From Rhodocyclaceae bacterium (GTDB lineage: Bacteria; Pseudomonadota; Gammaproteobacteria; Burkholderiales; Rhodocyclaceae): a DNA stretch of 64,000 nt. The position numbers and the translations under genes are program-made. Location: contig DAIDAU010000514.1 of NCBI GenBank assembly GCA_027310465.1, positions 270 through 64,269 of the forward strand, written 5' to 3'. Each line of letters starts with the position of its first letter. Positions within the stretch are counted from its first letter, which is position 1. A model generated the notes under the pieces. It saw only the letters and a program-made list of their open reading frames with translations, was not told the DNA's origin and searched no databases. Positions 15,306 through 24,083 of the stretch are shown here, in pieces.

Positions 15306-15526
15306 GCCTGAAATGGATTGCGCTGCTGATGACGGTCGGCGGCTTCATGGCCTGCATCGGTGCCGGTGCGGCCGAGGATGCCTCGCAGCGCCGCGCGTTG
15401 CGCGGAGCCAAGAGCTCGTTCGACAGCGGCCTTATCGTGCTCGAGGTCGCGCTCGGCGTCGGTGGCCTGTTCTCCGCCATCATCGGCGCGATGCTTTTGA
15501 TCGCCGCCGTCTTCATCGCGATCTGA
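15302..15526 (+). CDS. membrane protein (74 aa)
   Basis: ATGA coupling; two hydrophobic helices. Confidence 0.6.
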   Translation: MSLKWIALLMTVGGFMACIGAGAAEDASQRRALRGAKSSFDSGLIVLEVALGVGGLFSAIIGAMLLIAAVFIAI

Positions 15527-15550
15527 TCAACCAAGAAGAAAGAAGAAACG

Positions 15551-15943
15551 ATGTTCGATCCCTTCGTTGCCGTGCTTGTGTTCATCGTCCTGCTCGTCCT
15601 GTTCCTGATGGTGATGTTCCGCCGCGCCGACGTGCGCTCAAAGGACAAGATCGCCCGCCACAAGGCGTTCGAGCGGGCCGCAATCGACTCGGTGGCGCGC
15701 GGGATCAACCTCGGGCCCGGCTTCCCGGACTTCCTCGATCCGGCCAAGTTCAAGCGCGCCGAGCCGAAGTTGAACCTCACCGTGCAGCCGGACATCGGCG
15801 ACCACGGCTTCTTCAACCTGCCGAAGGTCTCGCCGGTCGAGCCCAAGCACCCGGTCGGCAAGCCCGTCGTCAAGACGAAGCGCAAGCCGGCGGCGAAGAA
15901 GGCGCGCAAGCCCGCCAAGCGTCACGCGAAGAAGGCGCGCTGA
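15551..15943 (+). CDS. membrane-anchored protein with Lys-rich tail (130 aa)
   Basis: N-terminal helix FVAVLVFIVLLVLFLMVMF; C-terminus KPVVKTKRKPAAKKARKPAKRHAKKAR. Confidence 0.65.
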   Translation: MFDPFVAVLVFIVLLVLFLMVMFRRADVRSKDKIARHKAFERAAIDSVARGINLGPGFPDFLDPAKFKRAEPKLNLTVQPDIGDHGFFNLPKVSPVEPKHPVGKPVVKTKRKPAAKKARKPAKRHAKKAR

Positions 15944-15944
15944 G

Positions 15945-16421
15945 ATGCATCCGTTCACGGTCTATTTGGCCGGTCCGATCACTGGGCTGACCTACGACGG
16001 TGCTACAGATTGGCGTGCAATCGCCAAGCAGAAACTCGACGAAGCGGGCATCCGTAGTCTGTCGCCGCTGCGCGCGCAGGAGCATCTGCGCGCCGTCGGC
16101 GTTCTGACCCTGGATTGCGCCGGCTATGGCGAAATGAGTGCGCTCACGACGCCGCGCGGCATCTTTGTCCGCGACAGGTTCGATGCGACGACCTGCAACG
16201 TCATCCTGGTGAACCTCTTGGGGGCGGGGCGGGTTTCGCAGGGTTCGATCTGCGAAATTTCGTGGGCGCATTGGTGCCGCATCCCGGTGGTCGCGGTGAT
16301 GGAGCAGCAGGGCAACCTGCACGATCACATCATGGTCACTGAGCAGATCGACTTCCGCGTCACCTCGCTTGACGAGGCGCTTACCGTCGTCAAGGCGATT
16401 GCCGACCGGAGCCAGCCGTGA
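15945..16421 (+). CDS. nucleoside 2-deoxyribosyltransferase-like protein
   Basis: N-terminal VYLAGPITG and later GSICEISWA, resembling the YLAGP and Glu-nucleophile motifs of that fold (from memory). Confidence 0.5.
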   Translation: MHPFTVYLAGPITGLTYDGATDWRAIAKQKLDEAGIRSLSPLRAQEHLRAVGVLTLDCAGYGEMSALTTPRGIFVRDRFDATTCNVILVNLLGAGRVSQGSICEISWAHWCRIPVVAVMEQQGNLHDHIMVTEQIDFRVTSLDEALTVVKAIADRSQP

Positions 16422-17620
16422 CCATCTCGATCCTCAACGCGCCGGCGTCCCAGCTCCCCAAGGTCGGCGCGGCGCTGTTCTCGCTCAACCCCTGGCCGAG
16501 CGTGTCGCAGGACATGGCGATGCTGCAGGCGATCTCCGCCACCATGGTGCGGATCGAGGTGCAGTGGGGCATGGTCGAGGCGACGCAGGGCGTCTACGCA
16601 GTACCCGATGCCACCGACGGCCGCATCGCGGCTGCCAAGGCGGCCGGCATGAGCGTCGTCATCCTGCTCGACTATTCCAACCCGATCTACACCGGCAACG
16701 TGTTCGCGCCGCCGACCACGAACACCCAGCTCACCGCGTGGGGCAATTTCTGCGCCTACATCGCCAGCCTCTACGCCGGACCCGGCGTGTTGTTCGAGGT
16801 CTGGAACGAGCCGAACAACCCGCAGTTCTGGTCGCCCGCGCCGAGCGCCTCGCAATACGGGACCGTGCTGGCGCAGGCCATCAGTGCGATCCGCGCCAAG
16901 GTGCCGTCGGCCCAGATCATCAGCGCCGGCATCGGCGATCTCGCCGCGCCCGGCATCAACGCTGCGCCCTTCATGCAGTCGGTCAACGCGGCCCAGCCCA
17001 ACATGGTCGGGTAGCTCGCCGGCCAGACGCTGCATCCCTACAATCCGGGCCAGCCCGAGACGCTGTTCGCCTACGTCGACAATTACCGCGCGACTGTGCC
17101 GTGCAGCTGCCCGATCGCCATCACCGAGTGGGGCTATTGCGCCTCCTGGCTCGCCGGCCAGGCCAACGCGCCGGAGACCCAGCGCGCCTACTGGGCCGCG
17201 CGCATGATCGGCGCTGCGATTTGCTACGGCATCACCGGGCTGTGCTTCTACAATCTGCGCGACACCGGCACCGACCAGACCAACGACCAGAACACGTTCG
17301 GCCTGTTCGACTTCGGCTTCAAGGCCAAGCCCGCGGTCACCGCGGTCGCCAACGTCATGAAGGCGCTCGCCGGGACCGAGAGCTATGACGCCGAGCGGCT
17401 CGCTAACGGCGTCTACCGCGTCACGCTGCGCAAGGCGAACGGCGGCATCACCAAGCTGCTCTGGACCGACGGCGCCGCGCTCAGCCACGACGAGCCGATG
17501 AACGCTCTCAGCGATGTCCACAACATCATGGGCAATGCTGATGGCTTCCACTTTTCCGGCGGTCATCTCCACATCGCGCTCAGCAAGGACTGGCCGATGC
17601 AGATCGTCTCGGGGAGCTGA
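16418..17620 (+). pseudogene. GH5-type glycoside hydrolase interrupted by one in-frame TAG (17012-17014)
   Basis: Track ORFs 16418-17014 and 17096-17620 are in the same frame with no other stop. LFEVWNEPN lies before the TAG; LHPY and AITEWG lie after it. Confidence 0.8.
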
Positions 17621-17624
17621 TCGC

Positions 17625-18011
17625 ATGAGCCGGCACATGCGGACCGCGATGTTCTACGTGATGGCCGCGATGGCCGTGGTGCTCGCGCTGTTCTGGATGG
17701 GGCGCGCCAGCGCCCGCGGCGGTCCGCACGAGGGCAACAGCCCGGAAGTCTCGCAGTGGTTCTCCGCCCAGCACAATTCGCGCGGCGGCTGGTGCTGCAA
17801 CGATGCCGACGGTCATCGCTATTACGGCGAGTACACCCTCAACGCCGACGGCTCGGTGACCATCCATCGCGAACAGGGCGGCGACATCAAGATCGAAGCC
17901 TGGAAGGTGCTGAGCGGTCCGAACCCGACCGGTTCGGCAGTGTGGTGGTATCTCAACGGCCCGACCGGAGAACCCTCGACGTTCTGCTTCGCGCCGGGGC
18001 CGTTGACTTAA
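17625..18011 (+). CDS. secreted or membrane-anchored hypothetical protein (128 aa)
   Basis: Signal-like MSRHMRTAMFYVMAAMAVVLALFWMGRASA; CCNDADG motif. Confidence 0.65.
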   Translation: MSRHMRTAMFYVMAAMAVVLALFWMGRASARGGPHEGNSPEVSQWFSAQHNSRGGWCCNDADGHRYYGEYTLNADGSVTIHREQGGDIKIEAWKVLSGPNPTGSAVWWYLNGPTGEPSTFCFAPGPLT

Positions 18012-18039
18012 AGATCAACAACAAGAAGGTCGAACACCC

Positions 18040-18249
18040 GTGATCAAGATCATCGCCATGCTGTGCAGCCTCGCCAACCCGACCGACTGCCACGAGCAGC
18101 TGGTCACCTCCTCGAACTTCGAGGACATCTCGCTGCAGTCGTGCCTGATGGGCGCGCCGCAGCTCGCCGACTGGATGAAGAACCATCCGGCCGAGCGCCT
18201 CGCCAAATGGAAATGCGTCATCGGTGGCGCCGAAGGGCGGGGGATCTGA
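18040..18249 (+). CDS. hypothetical protein (69 aa)
   Basis: AAGAAGG RBS, GTG start; MIKIIAMLCSLANPTDCHEQL... Confidence 0.55.
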   Translation: MIKIIAMLCSLANPTDCHEQLVTSSNFEDISLQSCLMGAPQLADWMKNHPAERLAKWKCVIGGAEGRGI

Positions 18250-18250
18250 C

Positions 18251-18445
18251 ATGCTGTTCACGCTCGCGCTGCTCTCGCTGATCACCTCCGGCATCCTGAT
18301 CGCGTTCTGGGCCGACGAATGGTGGAAGGGCAACCTGGCCGACCGCGGTGGCGAGGACTTCCTCGGCGACATCGTGCTGCTGATCGGGCTCGCCTCGATG
18401 GCGCTGCTCTCGCTGCACGACCTGATCGGCCTGATCAGCATCTGA
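18251..18445 (+). CDS. membrane protein (64 aa)
   Basis: MLFTLALLSLITSGILIAFWADEWW...; two helices. Confidence 0.55.
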   Translation: MLFTLALLSLITSGILIAFWADEWWKGNLADRGGEDFLGDIVLLIGLASMALLSLHDLIGLISI

Positions 18446-18741
18446 TGCCTCCGGCTCGCACCAAGCCGCAGCTTCCGTCGCCGCAACGGCCCGTTCTGTT
18501 CCGGGTGCGCGGCTTCGCCGGCCTGAATAACCCGCGCTGCGCGCCGGGCACGCTGCTGGTCGAGACCACGCACGTCTCGACGGCAGGAGCCGTCACCGAG
18601 ATCCTGGCGTGGAAGGGTCGCATGCGCTGCGGCGACGTCGCCTATGGCGAGCTGATCGACCTGCGCGGGTCCAGGCGCATCGTGCGCCGCTTCTCTTACG
18701 AGACGGAAATCGATCGCCTGTTCACGACCGCAGGAGCATGA
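18445..18741 (+). CDS. hypothetical protein (98 aa)
   Basis: TGATG coupling; MPPARTKPQLPSPQRPVLFRVRGF... Confidence 0.55.
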   Translation: MPPARTKPQLPSPQRPVLFRVRGFAGLNNPRCAPGTLLVETTHVSTAGAVTEILAWKGRMRCGDVAYGELIDLRGSRRIVRRFSYETEIDRLFTTAGA

Positions 18742-18853
18742 ACATCGCGACAAGGACGAGGCCGAACACCGCGCCGAAGACGATCTGGCGGGCGAGGCGG
18801 TTTCGCTGTTTGCGTTTGAGCTCGCCGAGCTGACGGGCTGCAAGCTCGTTCAT
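18722..18853 (-). CDS. possible small membrane protein (43 aa), convergent
   Basis: MNELAARQLGELKRKQRNRLARQIVFGAVFGLVLVAMFMLLRS; weak RBS; only the C-terminal part of a 148-aa track ORF looks real. Confidence 0.35.
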   Translation of the reverse strand: MNELAARQLGELKRKQRNRLARQIVFGAVFGLVLVAMFMLLRS

Positions 18854-18902
18854 AACATCAGGGTGATTCACTGCTTTCGCCCTCTTCTTGGTTCCAGAGA
18901 GC

Positions 18903-19424
18903 ATGGCGTTAAAGAAGGTCGAGCGCAAGCCCCTCAAGCAGGCCGGCGGCCTGAAGAAGATGGGGGATGGCGGCGGGATCGCCCAGCGGCGCCTGATCAA
19001 CTCGGCGCTCGACTTCGTGCCGGACGAGGACGACGTCATCGGCGACCTCCCGGAGGACCTCTCGCACGAGCAGGCGCATCTGGAGCGCATGGCGCGCCTC
19101 GAAGCGGCGATGGCGCCCGACCAGGCTGCGACCGGCAACCCGTCCTCGATGATGAAGGCGGACCTCAATCGCCAGCGCGCTGCGCACGACTCGCAGAAGA
19201 TGGCGGACTATTACTGCGTCGTCTGCTTCGCCGACGGCGATGCCGTCTCCGAGTTCCTGCGCAAGGTGAAGTATCCGGACCCGGACGTCACCTTCGTCGA
19301 CGGCCACGTGCTGGCCTCGCTGCTCAACATCGAATTACCGAAGCCGAAGTTCCGGCTTCAGAAGATCCGTCCACCGCAGAAGACCCTCGCGCGGCTCGTG
19401 ACGGAGTTCCCGAAGAAGGCCTGA
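18903..19424 (+). CDS. hypothetical acidic protein (173 aa)
   Basis: MALKKVERKPLKQAGGLKK...; start could also be TTG at 18888. Confidence 0.65.
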   Translation: MALKKVERKPLKQAGGLKKMGDGGGIAQRRLINSALDFVPDEDDVIGDLPEDLSHEQAHLERMARLEAAMAPDQAATGNPSSMMKADLNRQRAAHDSQKMADYYCVVCFADGDAVSEFLRKVKYPDPDVTFVDGHVLASLLNIELPKPKFRLQKIRPPQKTLARLVTEFPKKA

Positions 19425-19494
19425 CCTTCGCGAGGGACTTTGAGGCGCAGCGCCGGCGCCTTCCCCGGCGCATCAACTGGAAGGAGTGATCCAC

Positions 19495-19581
19495 ATGGCC
19501 AAGAAAGCCAAGAAGCGCGTGACCAAAAAGTCCGCGAAGAAGACCAAGCGCAGCTCGAAGAACTCGTCCAAGACGGCGTAG
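19495..19581 (+). CDS. very basic micro-protein (28 aa)
   Basis: GGAAGGAGTGATCCAC-ATG; MAKKAKKRVTKKSAKKTKRSSKNSSKTA; followed by a hairpin. Confidence 0.5.
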   Translation: MAKKAKKRVTKKSAKKTKRSSKNSSKTA

Positions 19582-19608
19582 TTCTGCACCGGTTACACCG
19601 GATGCGCG

Positions 19609-19643
19609 GAGGGCCGTCCTTCAATGGGCGGCCCTCTCGTTTG
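19609..19643 (+). terminator. hairpin with weak U-tract upstream of the packaging genes
   Basis: GAGGGCCG-12 nt-CGGCCCTC then TCGTTTG. Confidence 0.45.
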
Positions 19644-19668
19644 CAGGTACCAACAAGAAACGTGAGCA

Positions 19669-20160
19669 ATGCCGGATACTCCCGACATCCCCGAGAGACA
19701 GGTCGGTCCGACGCCGCTCGCGCAACGAAAGGGGCGCAGGCGTAGGCGCACCACCAAGAACGCGGACACCTCGCCGGCGAACATCCGTTTCCGCGAGCGC
19801 GTCAAGGAAGCGCTCGAATACCGCAAGCTGGGCTACACGTTCCAGGAAATTGCGGACGAGATGAAGTTCGACGTCTCCTATGCCTATCGCCTCGTTAAGT
19901 GGGGCATGGACCAGATCACGGCAGAGCCTGCCGAGGATCTGAAAAAGATGCAGTCGATGCGGCTCGAGGCCATGATGACGGGCGTCATGGACAAGGCGAT
20001 CGCCGGCGACGCCGAGGCCACCCAGACCTGCCTCAACGTCATGGAGATGTTCAACAAGCTCCATGGCCTGCTCGCAGCGCAGAAGCTCGAGCACTCCGGA
20101 GAAGTGCAGGGCGGCGGCAACACCGTCTTCATCATCTCCGAAGCCGATGCCAAGCTCTAA
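19669..20160 (+). CDS. terS: terminase small subunit (HTH-containing)
   Basis: Sits immediately upstream of and overlapping TerL; KLGYTFQEIADEMKFDVSYAYRLV helix-turn-helix. Confidence 0.65.
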   Translation: MPDTPDIPERQVGPTPLAQRKGRRRRRTTKNADTSPANIRFRERVKEALEYRKLGYTFQEIADEMKFDVSYAYRLVKWGMDQITAEPAEDLKKMQSMRLEAMMTGVMDKAIAGDAEATQTCLNVMEMFNKLHGLLAAQKLEHSGEVQGGGNTVFIISEADAKL

Positions 20161-21796
20161 TCGCCCGAAGCGGCCGCGCAGACAGTTCCCGAAGAACGCT
20201 TCCCCCGCCATCGCGGTCGAACAGTCTCCCGCTGCCGTTGGCCACAACAACGGCCCGCACATCTCGACCTGGGGCGAGAGGGGGCCGAACCCGGCCCAGA
20301 TCCCTGCGACCGAGCTGCTCGGCTCGCACCGCCACGTCTGCCTCGTCGGCGGCGCCCGCTCCGGCAAGACCACCACCATCGTGCGCGCCATCGTGATGCG
20401 CGCGCTGCGCTTTCCGAACTCACGCCACGTGATCCTGCGCTTCCGCGCGATCCACGCCGACGCCTCGATCGCGCTCGACACCATGCCGAAGGTGCTGCGC
20501 AACTTCTTCCCCGGCCAGCGCTACAAGCACATCAAGTCGCCGCACAACCTGTTCCGCTTCCCCAACGGCAGCGAGATATGGATCGGCGGCCTCGACGACG
20601 AGCGGCGCGCCGACAAGATCCTCGGCGCCGAATACGCCACGATCTTCCTCAACGAGTGCAGCCAGATCAGCTGGTACTCGGCCAAGCTCGTCATGAGCCG
20701 CCTCGCGCAGGTGATCGAGGGCTGCGCGCAGCGCTTCTGGTGCGACATCAACCCGGTCGGCAAGAGCCACTGGACCAACCGCCTGTTCGGCGACAAGATC
20801 GACCCGGACGATCGCAAGGCGGTGGCGGACCCCGAGAACTACGCTCGGATGTTCGTCAACCCCAAGGACAACCAGCAGAACCTCGACAAGGGTTATTTCG
20901 ACTGGCTGTCGAAACAGAGCGGCAACTACCGCAAGCGCTTCTACGAGGGCCAGTATATCGACGAGGTCACCGGCGCGCTCTGGACGATCGACCTGATCGA
21001 GCAGATGCGTCTGCGGCCAGGCGACGAGCCGGCCGAGTTCGCCCGCACCGTCATCGCGATCGACCCGTCCGGTGCCGGCGAGCAGGGCGACAAGTCCGAC
21101 ATCGAGATGAAGCCGCGCAACGACGAGATCGGCATCATCGTCGCCTCGCTCGGCAATGATCAGCGCGCTTACCTGCGCGCCGACGTCTCGCTGGTCGGCA
21201 GCCCCGAGGAATGGGGCAGGCGCGCGGTCGCCGCCTTCTATCAGTTCGGCGCCGACCACATCATCGCCGAGGGCAATTTCGGCGGCGACATGGTCGCCTA
21301 CGTGATCCGGTCGATCGACCCCAACGTGCCGGTCCGCATCGTCCGTGCCAGCCAGGGCAAGCACATCCGCGCCGAGCCGATCTCGACGCTCTACACCAAC
21401 GATGCCGTGCGCCATGTCGGCGAGTTCAATGAGCTCGAGGACCAGCTCTGTGCTTTCACAACGCTCGGCTATGGCGGCCCGAAATCGCCGGATCGCGCCG
21501 ATGCGTGGATCTGGGCGGTGAACGACCTCTGCCTCGGCTCCGGGGCGAGCAACTGGCTCGAATATTACCGCCGTCTCGCCGAGGCTGCCGGAAACGAGGG
21601 CACGCCAGATCCGCAGCACGGCTACGAGATCACGCCACCGGCCGCGAAGGGCCATCGCGTGCTGGTGCCTGAAGGCGTCGGCTCGCTCTATCTGATCGAC
21701 GGCACGCACATGCTCGTCCCGGCAGACCGTATCGTCACGGTCTCTCCGGAAGACGCGGCCGCCTTCGGACGGCGCGGCTGGCAGGCCGTCACCTGA
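20147..21796 (+). CDS. terL: terminase large subunit
   Basis: Walker A VGGARSGKT, Walker B-like TIFLNECSQ, 549 aa; start ATG 20147 chosen inside the 577-aa track ORF. Confidence 0.9.
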   Translation: MPSSNRPKRPRRQFPKNASPAIAVEQSPAAVGHNNGPHISTWGERGPNPAQIPATELLGSHRHVCLVGGARSGKTTTIVRAIVMRALRFPNSRHVILRFRAIHADASIALDTMPKVLRNFFPGQRYKHIKSPHNLFRFPNGSEIWIGGLDDERRADKILGAEYATIFLNECSQISWYSAKLVMSRLAQVIEGCAQRFWCDINPVGKSHWTNRLFGDKIDPDDRKAVADPENYARMFVNPKDNQQNLDKGYFDWLSKQSGNYRKRFYEGQYIDEVTGALWTIDLIEQMRLRPGDEPAEFARTVIAIDPSGAGEQGDKSDIEMKPRNDEIGIIVASLGNDQRAYLRADVSLVGSPEEWGRRAVAAFYQFGADHIIAEGNFGGDMVAYVIRSIDPNVPVRIVRASQGKHIRAEPISTLYTNDAVRHVGEFNELEDQLCAFTTLGYGGPKSPDRADAWIWAVNDLCLGSGASNWLEYYRRLAEAAGNEGTPDPQHGYEITPPAAKGHRVLVPEGVGSLYLIDGTHMLVPADRIVTVSPEDAAAFGRRGWQAVT

Positions 21797-21822
21797 CGAC
21801 AACGACAGCACGCGAGGCGACC

Positions 21823-22482
21823 ATGCGTTCCTTCATGACGGTGCTGATGGCGATCCTGCTCGGAGCCGCAGCCTATTTCGGCATCACCCATGTCAGGGCG
21901 AGCTACGCGGCCGCGCCGAAGATGGCCGACGCCATGGTCTACGTCCGCATGAACGACAACGAGCATGGCAGCGGCGTCCACATCGGCGGCGGCTACGTCG
22001 TCACCGCGGCCCATGTCGCCGACGAGGTCTCGGAGCTTCCCAAGCTCCTGGCCGGCAAGGTCGCGCCGAAGCCTGCGCTCAAGGTCATCGACACCCTGTC
22101 CAAGGAGCATCGCGTCGAGGTGCTCTGGGTCAACCACACCTACGACATCGCGCTGCTCAAGATCGACAACCCCGGGACCGTCGCCTCGCGCCGGATCTCC
22201 TGCAGCAGCCTCAATGTCGGCCAGCGCCTGTCGTTCGACGGCAACCCGCTCAACCTCCGCAACATCACGATGTGGGGCAAGGTCGCCAGCACCGCGCCGA
22301 CCGAGATCGACCCGTGGAAGTCGGTGGCCGTGATTTCCGGCCAGCTCGTTCCCGGCATGAGCGGCGGCCCGGCCTACAATTCATCGGGTGACGTTGCCGG
22401 CATCAATGTCGGCATCGCCACCGGCTATGCGCTGAGCTTCATCGTGCCCAGCTCCACCGTCTGCCGCCTCCTGGCGCGCTGA
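21823..22482 (+). CDS. membrane-anchored trypsin-like (S1/DegP-type) serine protease
   Basis: N-terminal helix; catalytic triad contexts TAAHV, DIALLKI, GMSGGP. Confidence 0.8.
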   Translation: MRSFMTVLMAILLGAAAYFGITHVRASYAAAPKMADAMVYVRMNDNEHGSGVHIGGGYVVTAAHVADEVSELPKLLAGKVAPKPALKVIDTLSKEHRVEVLWVNHTYDIALLKIDNPGTVASRRISCSSLNVGQRLSFDGNPLNLRNITMWGKVASTAPTEIDPWKSVAVISGQLVPGMSGGPAYNSSGDVAGINVGIATGYALSFIVPSSTVCRLLAR

Positions 22483-22508
22483 TCAGATCGTAAGAAGGGG
22501 CCCCTGCC

Positions 22509-24073
22509 TTGACCACTGTCAATATGACGCCGCCGGCTGATGGATCGCGCAACAACGTCGCCGTGAACGGCCGTACCTATGTCGGCAAGGTCGGCGTCAA
22601 CCAGCAGGTCCCCTCGTTCGACGCGCCGCTCCTCGAGGCCAATGGCTGGACCCGTGTCGCGACCGACGTCGCCAATGTCGGTCATACCGCCTACGGCCAG
22701 GACAACCAGCAGAACCTCGACAAGGGTTATTTCGACTGGCTGTCGAAACAGAGCGGCAACTACCGCAAGCGCTTCTACGAGGGCCAGTATATCGACGAGG
22801 TCACCGGCGCGCTCTGGACGATCGACCTGATCAGGCTTCGGCGCGACCTTGCCGGCCAGGAGCTTGGGAAGCTCCGAGACCTCGTCGGCGACATGGGCCG
22901 CGGTGACGACGTAGCCGCCGCCGATGTGGACGCCGCTGCCACGCGACCTCCGACGGCACGCTGACCAACGTCTCGCTGCTGTGCTCGGGTGGCGCGCTGA
23001 CCTCGGCCGCGATCAACAACGTCGCCTGGTATGGCGGCATTCCCTCGCCGATCAACACGCTCTACATCGCGATGCCGGTCACCAGCGTGCTGCCGCAGAC
23101 CACCGGCAATATCGGCGGCTCGTTCGCCGACCAGAGCTCCTGGGCCAGCGCCTTCGAGGTCGAGACCGACGCGCCCAACATCCAGTTCGGGCTCTTCACC
23201 GACAACGTCAAGAAGATCATGTTCCAGGTCGACGGCCAGTATGTCGACTTCACCGGCTCGACCGGTCCGGGCGCATCCGCCGACACCTATTTCAAGCTCG
23301 CCTTCGCCAGCGCCGGCATCCGCCGCATTCGCGTGCTGGTGCCGACCCATCCGTCCGGCGGCCCGGCGCTGATCAAGACCATCCGCACCGCGCCGCTCTA
23401 CAGCTTCTGGAAGCCGTGCCAGCGCGACGTGATCCGCGTCGGCTGGTCTGGCGACAGCTATTCGGAAGGCACCAACGGGGCAGGGACGGTCTACCCGATC
23501 CCGAACGCGAGCTGGCCGGTGATGACCTGCGAGCTGCTCGGCTTCCGCGACTGCCGCCAGCTCGCCGTCGGCGCGACCGGCTACCTGTCCGACGATGGCG
23601 GCCTGCGCTCCAAGATGCGCGACCAGATCCCGCGCTGGGCGGCGCAGGGCCCGTTCGACCTGCTGGTGTTCGCGCACGGCTACAACGACAGCTCGTTCTC
23701 GGCGAGCGCCATCACCGCCGAGGTGCTGTACGACCTGCAGCTCGTCCGCGCCAACTATCCGACCACCCCGATCGTCGTGCATGGCTGTCAGGCCGGCAAT
23801 TCCGGCCCCGGCGCCAGCCAGATCGCAACCGAGAACGCGATCGCGGCGGCCGTGGCCCAGTTCGCCGATCAGTTCGCGGTGTTCATGCCGGTCTCGACCG
23901 ACATCCCGACCTGGCTCAACGGCACCGGCTATTCCGGCGCCACCAACGCCAGCGGCAATTCCGACATCTATGTCGACCCGGACCACACCCACGCGACCCA
24001 GTCCGGCTACCAGTACCTCTCCTACCGCTCGGCGCGCGCCATCCGCAACGCGCTCGCCAGCATGATCAACTGA
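22509..24073 (+). pseudogene. virion fibre or spike-like protein with C-terminal SGNH/GDSL esterase, split by a 242-bp patch
   Basis: N-terminus is a paralog of the genes at 27036 and 29131 (VNGRxY...ANGW). C-terminal ORF 23072-24073 has GDSYSEG and DPDHTH blocks. The two halves are in different frames and rejoin in frame if 22699-22940 is removed. Confidence 0.8.
22699..22941 (+). repeat. chimeric patch: direct copy of terL 20865-20998 fused to inverted copy of protease 21966-22074
   Basis: Compared base by base by eye: 134/134 identical (direct) and 109/109 identical (reverse complement), abutting with no spacer. Confidence 0.9.
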
Positions 24074-24083
24074 CGGAGCTGTC

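Noticed and set aside
22699-22941. Interpreting the duplicated 134-bp and 109-bp segments as a diversity-generating retroelement template/variable repeat pair
   Set aside because: The copies are identical with no adenine-specific differences. No reverse transcriptase or accessory gene is nearby, and one copy is inverted and fused to an unrelated fragment.
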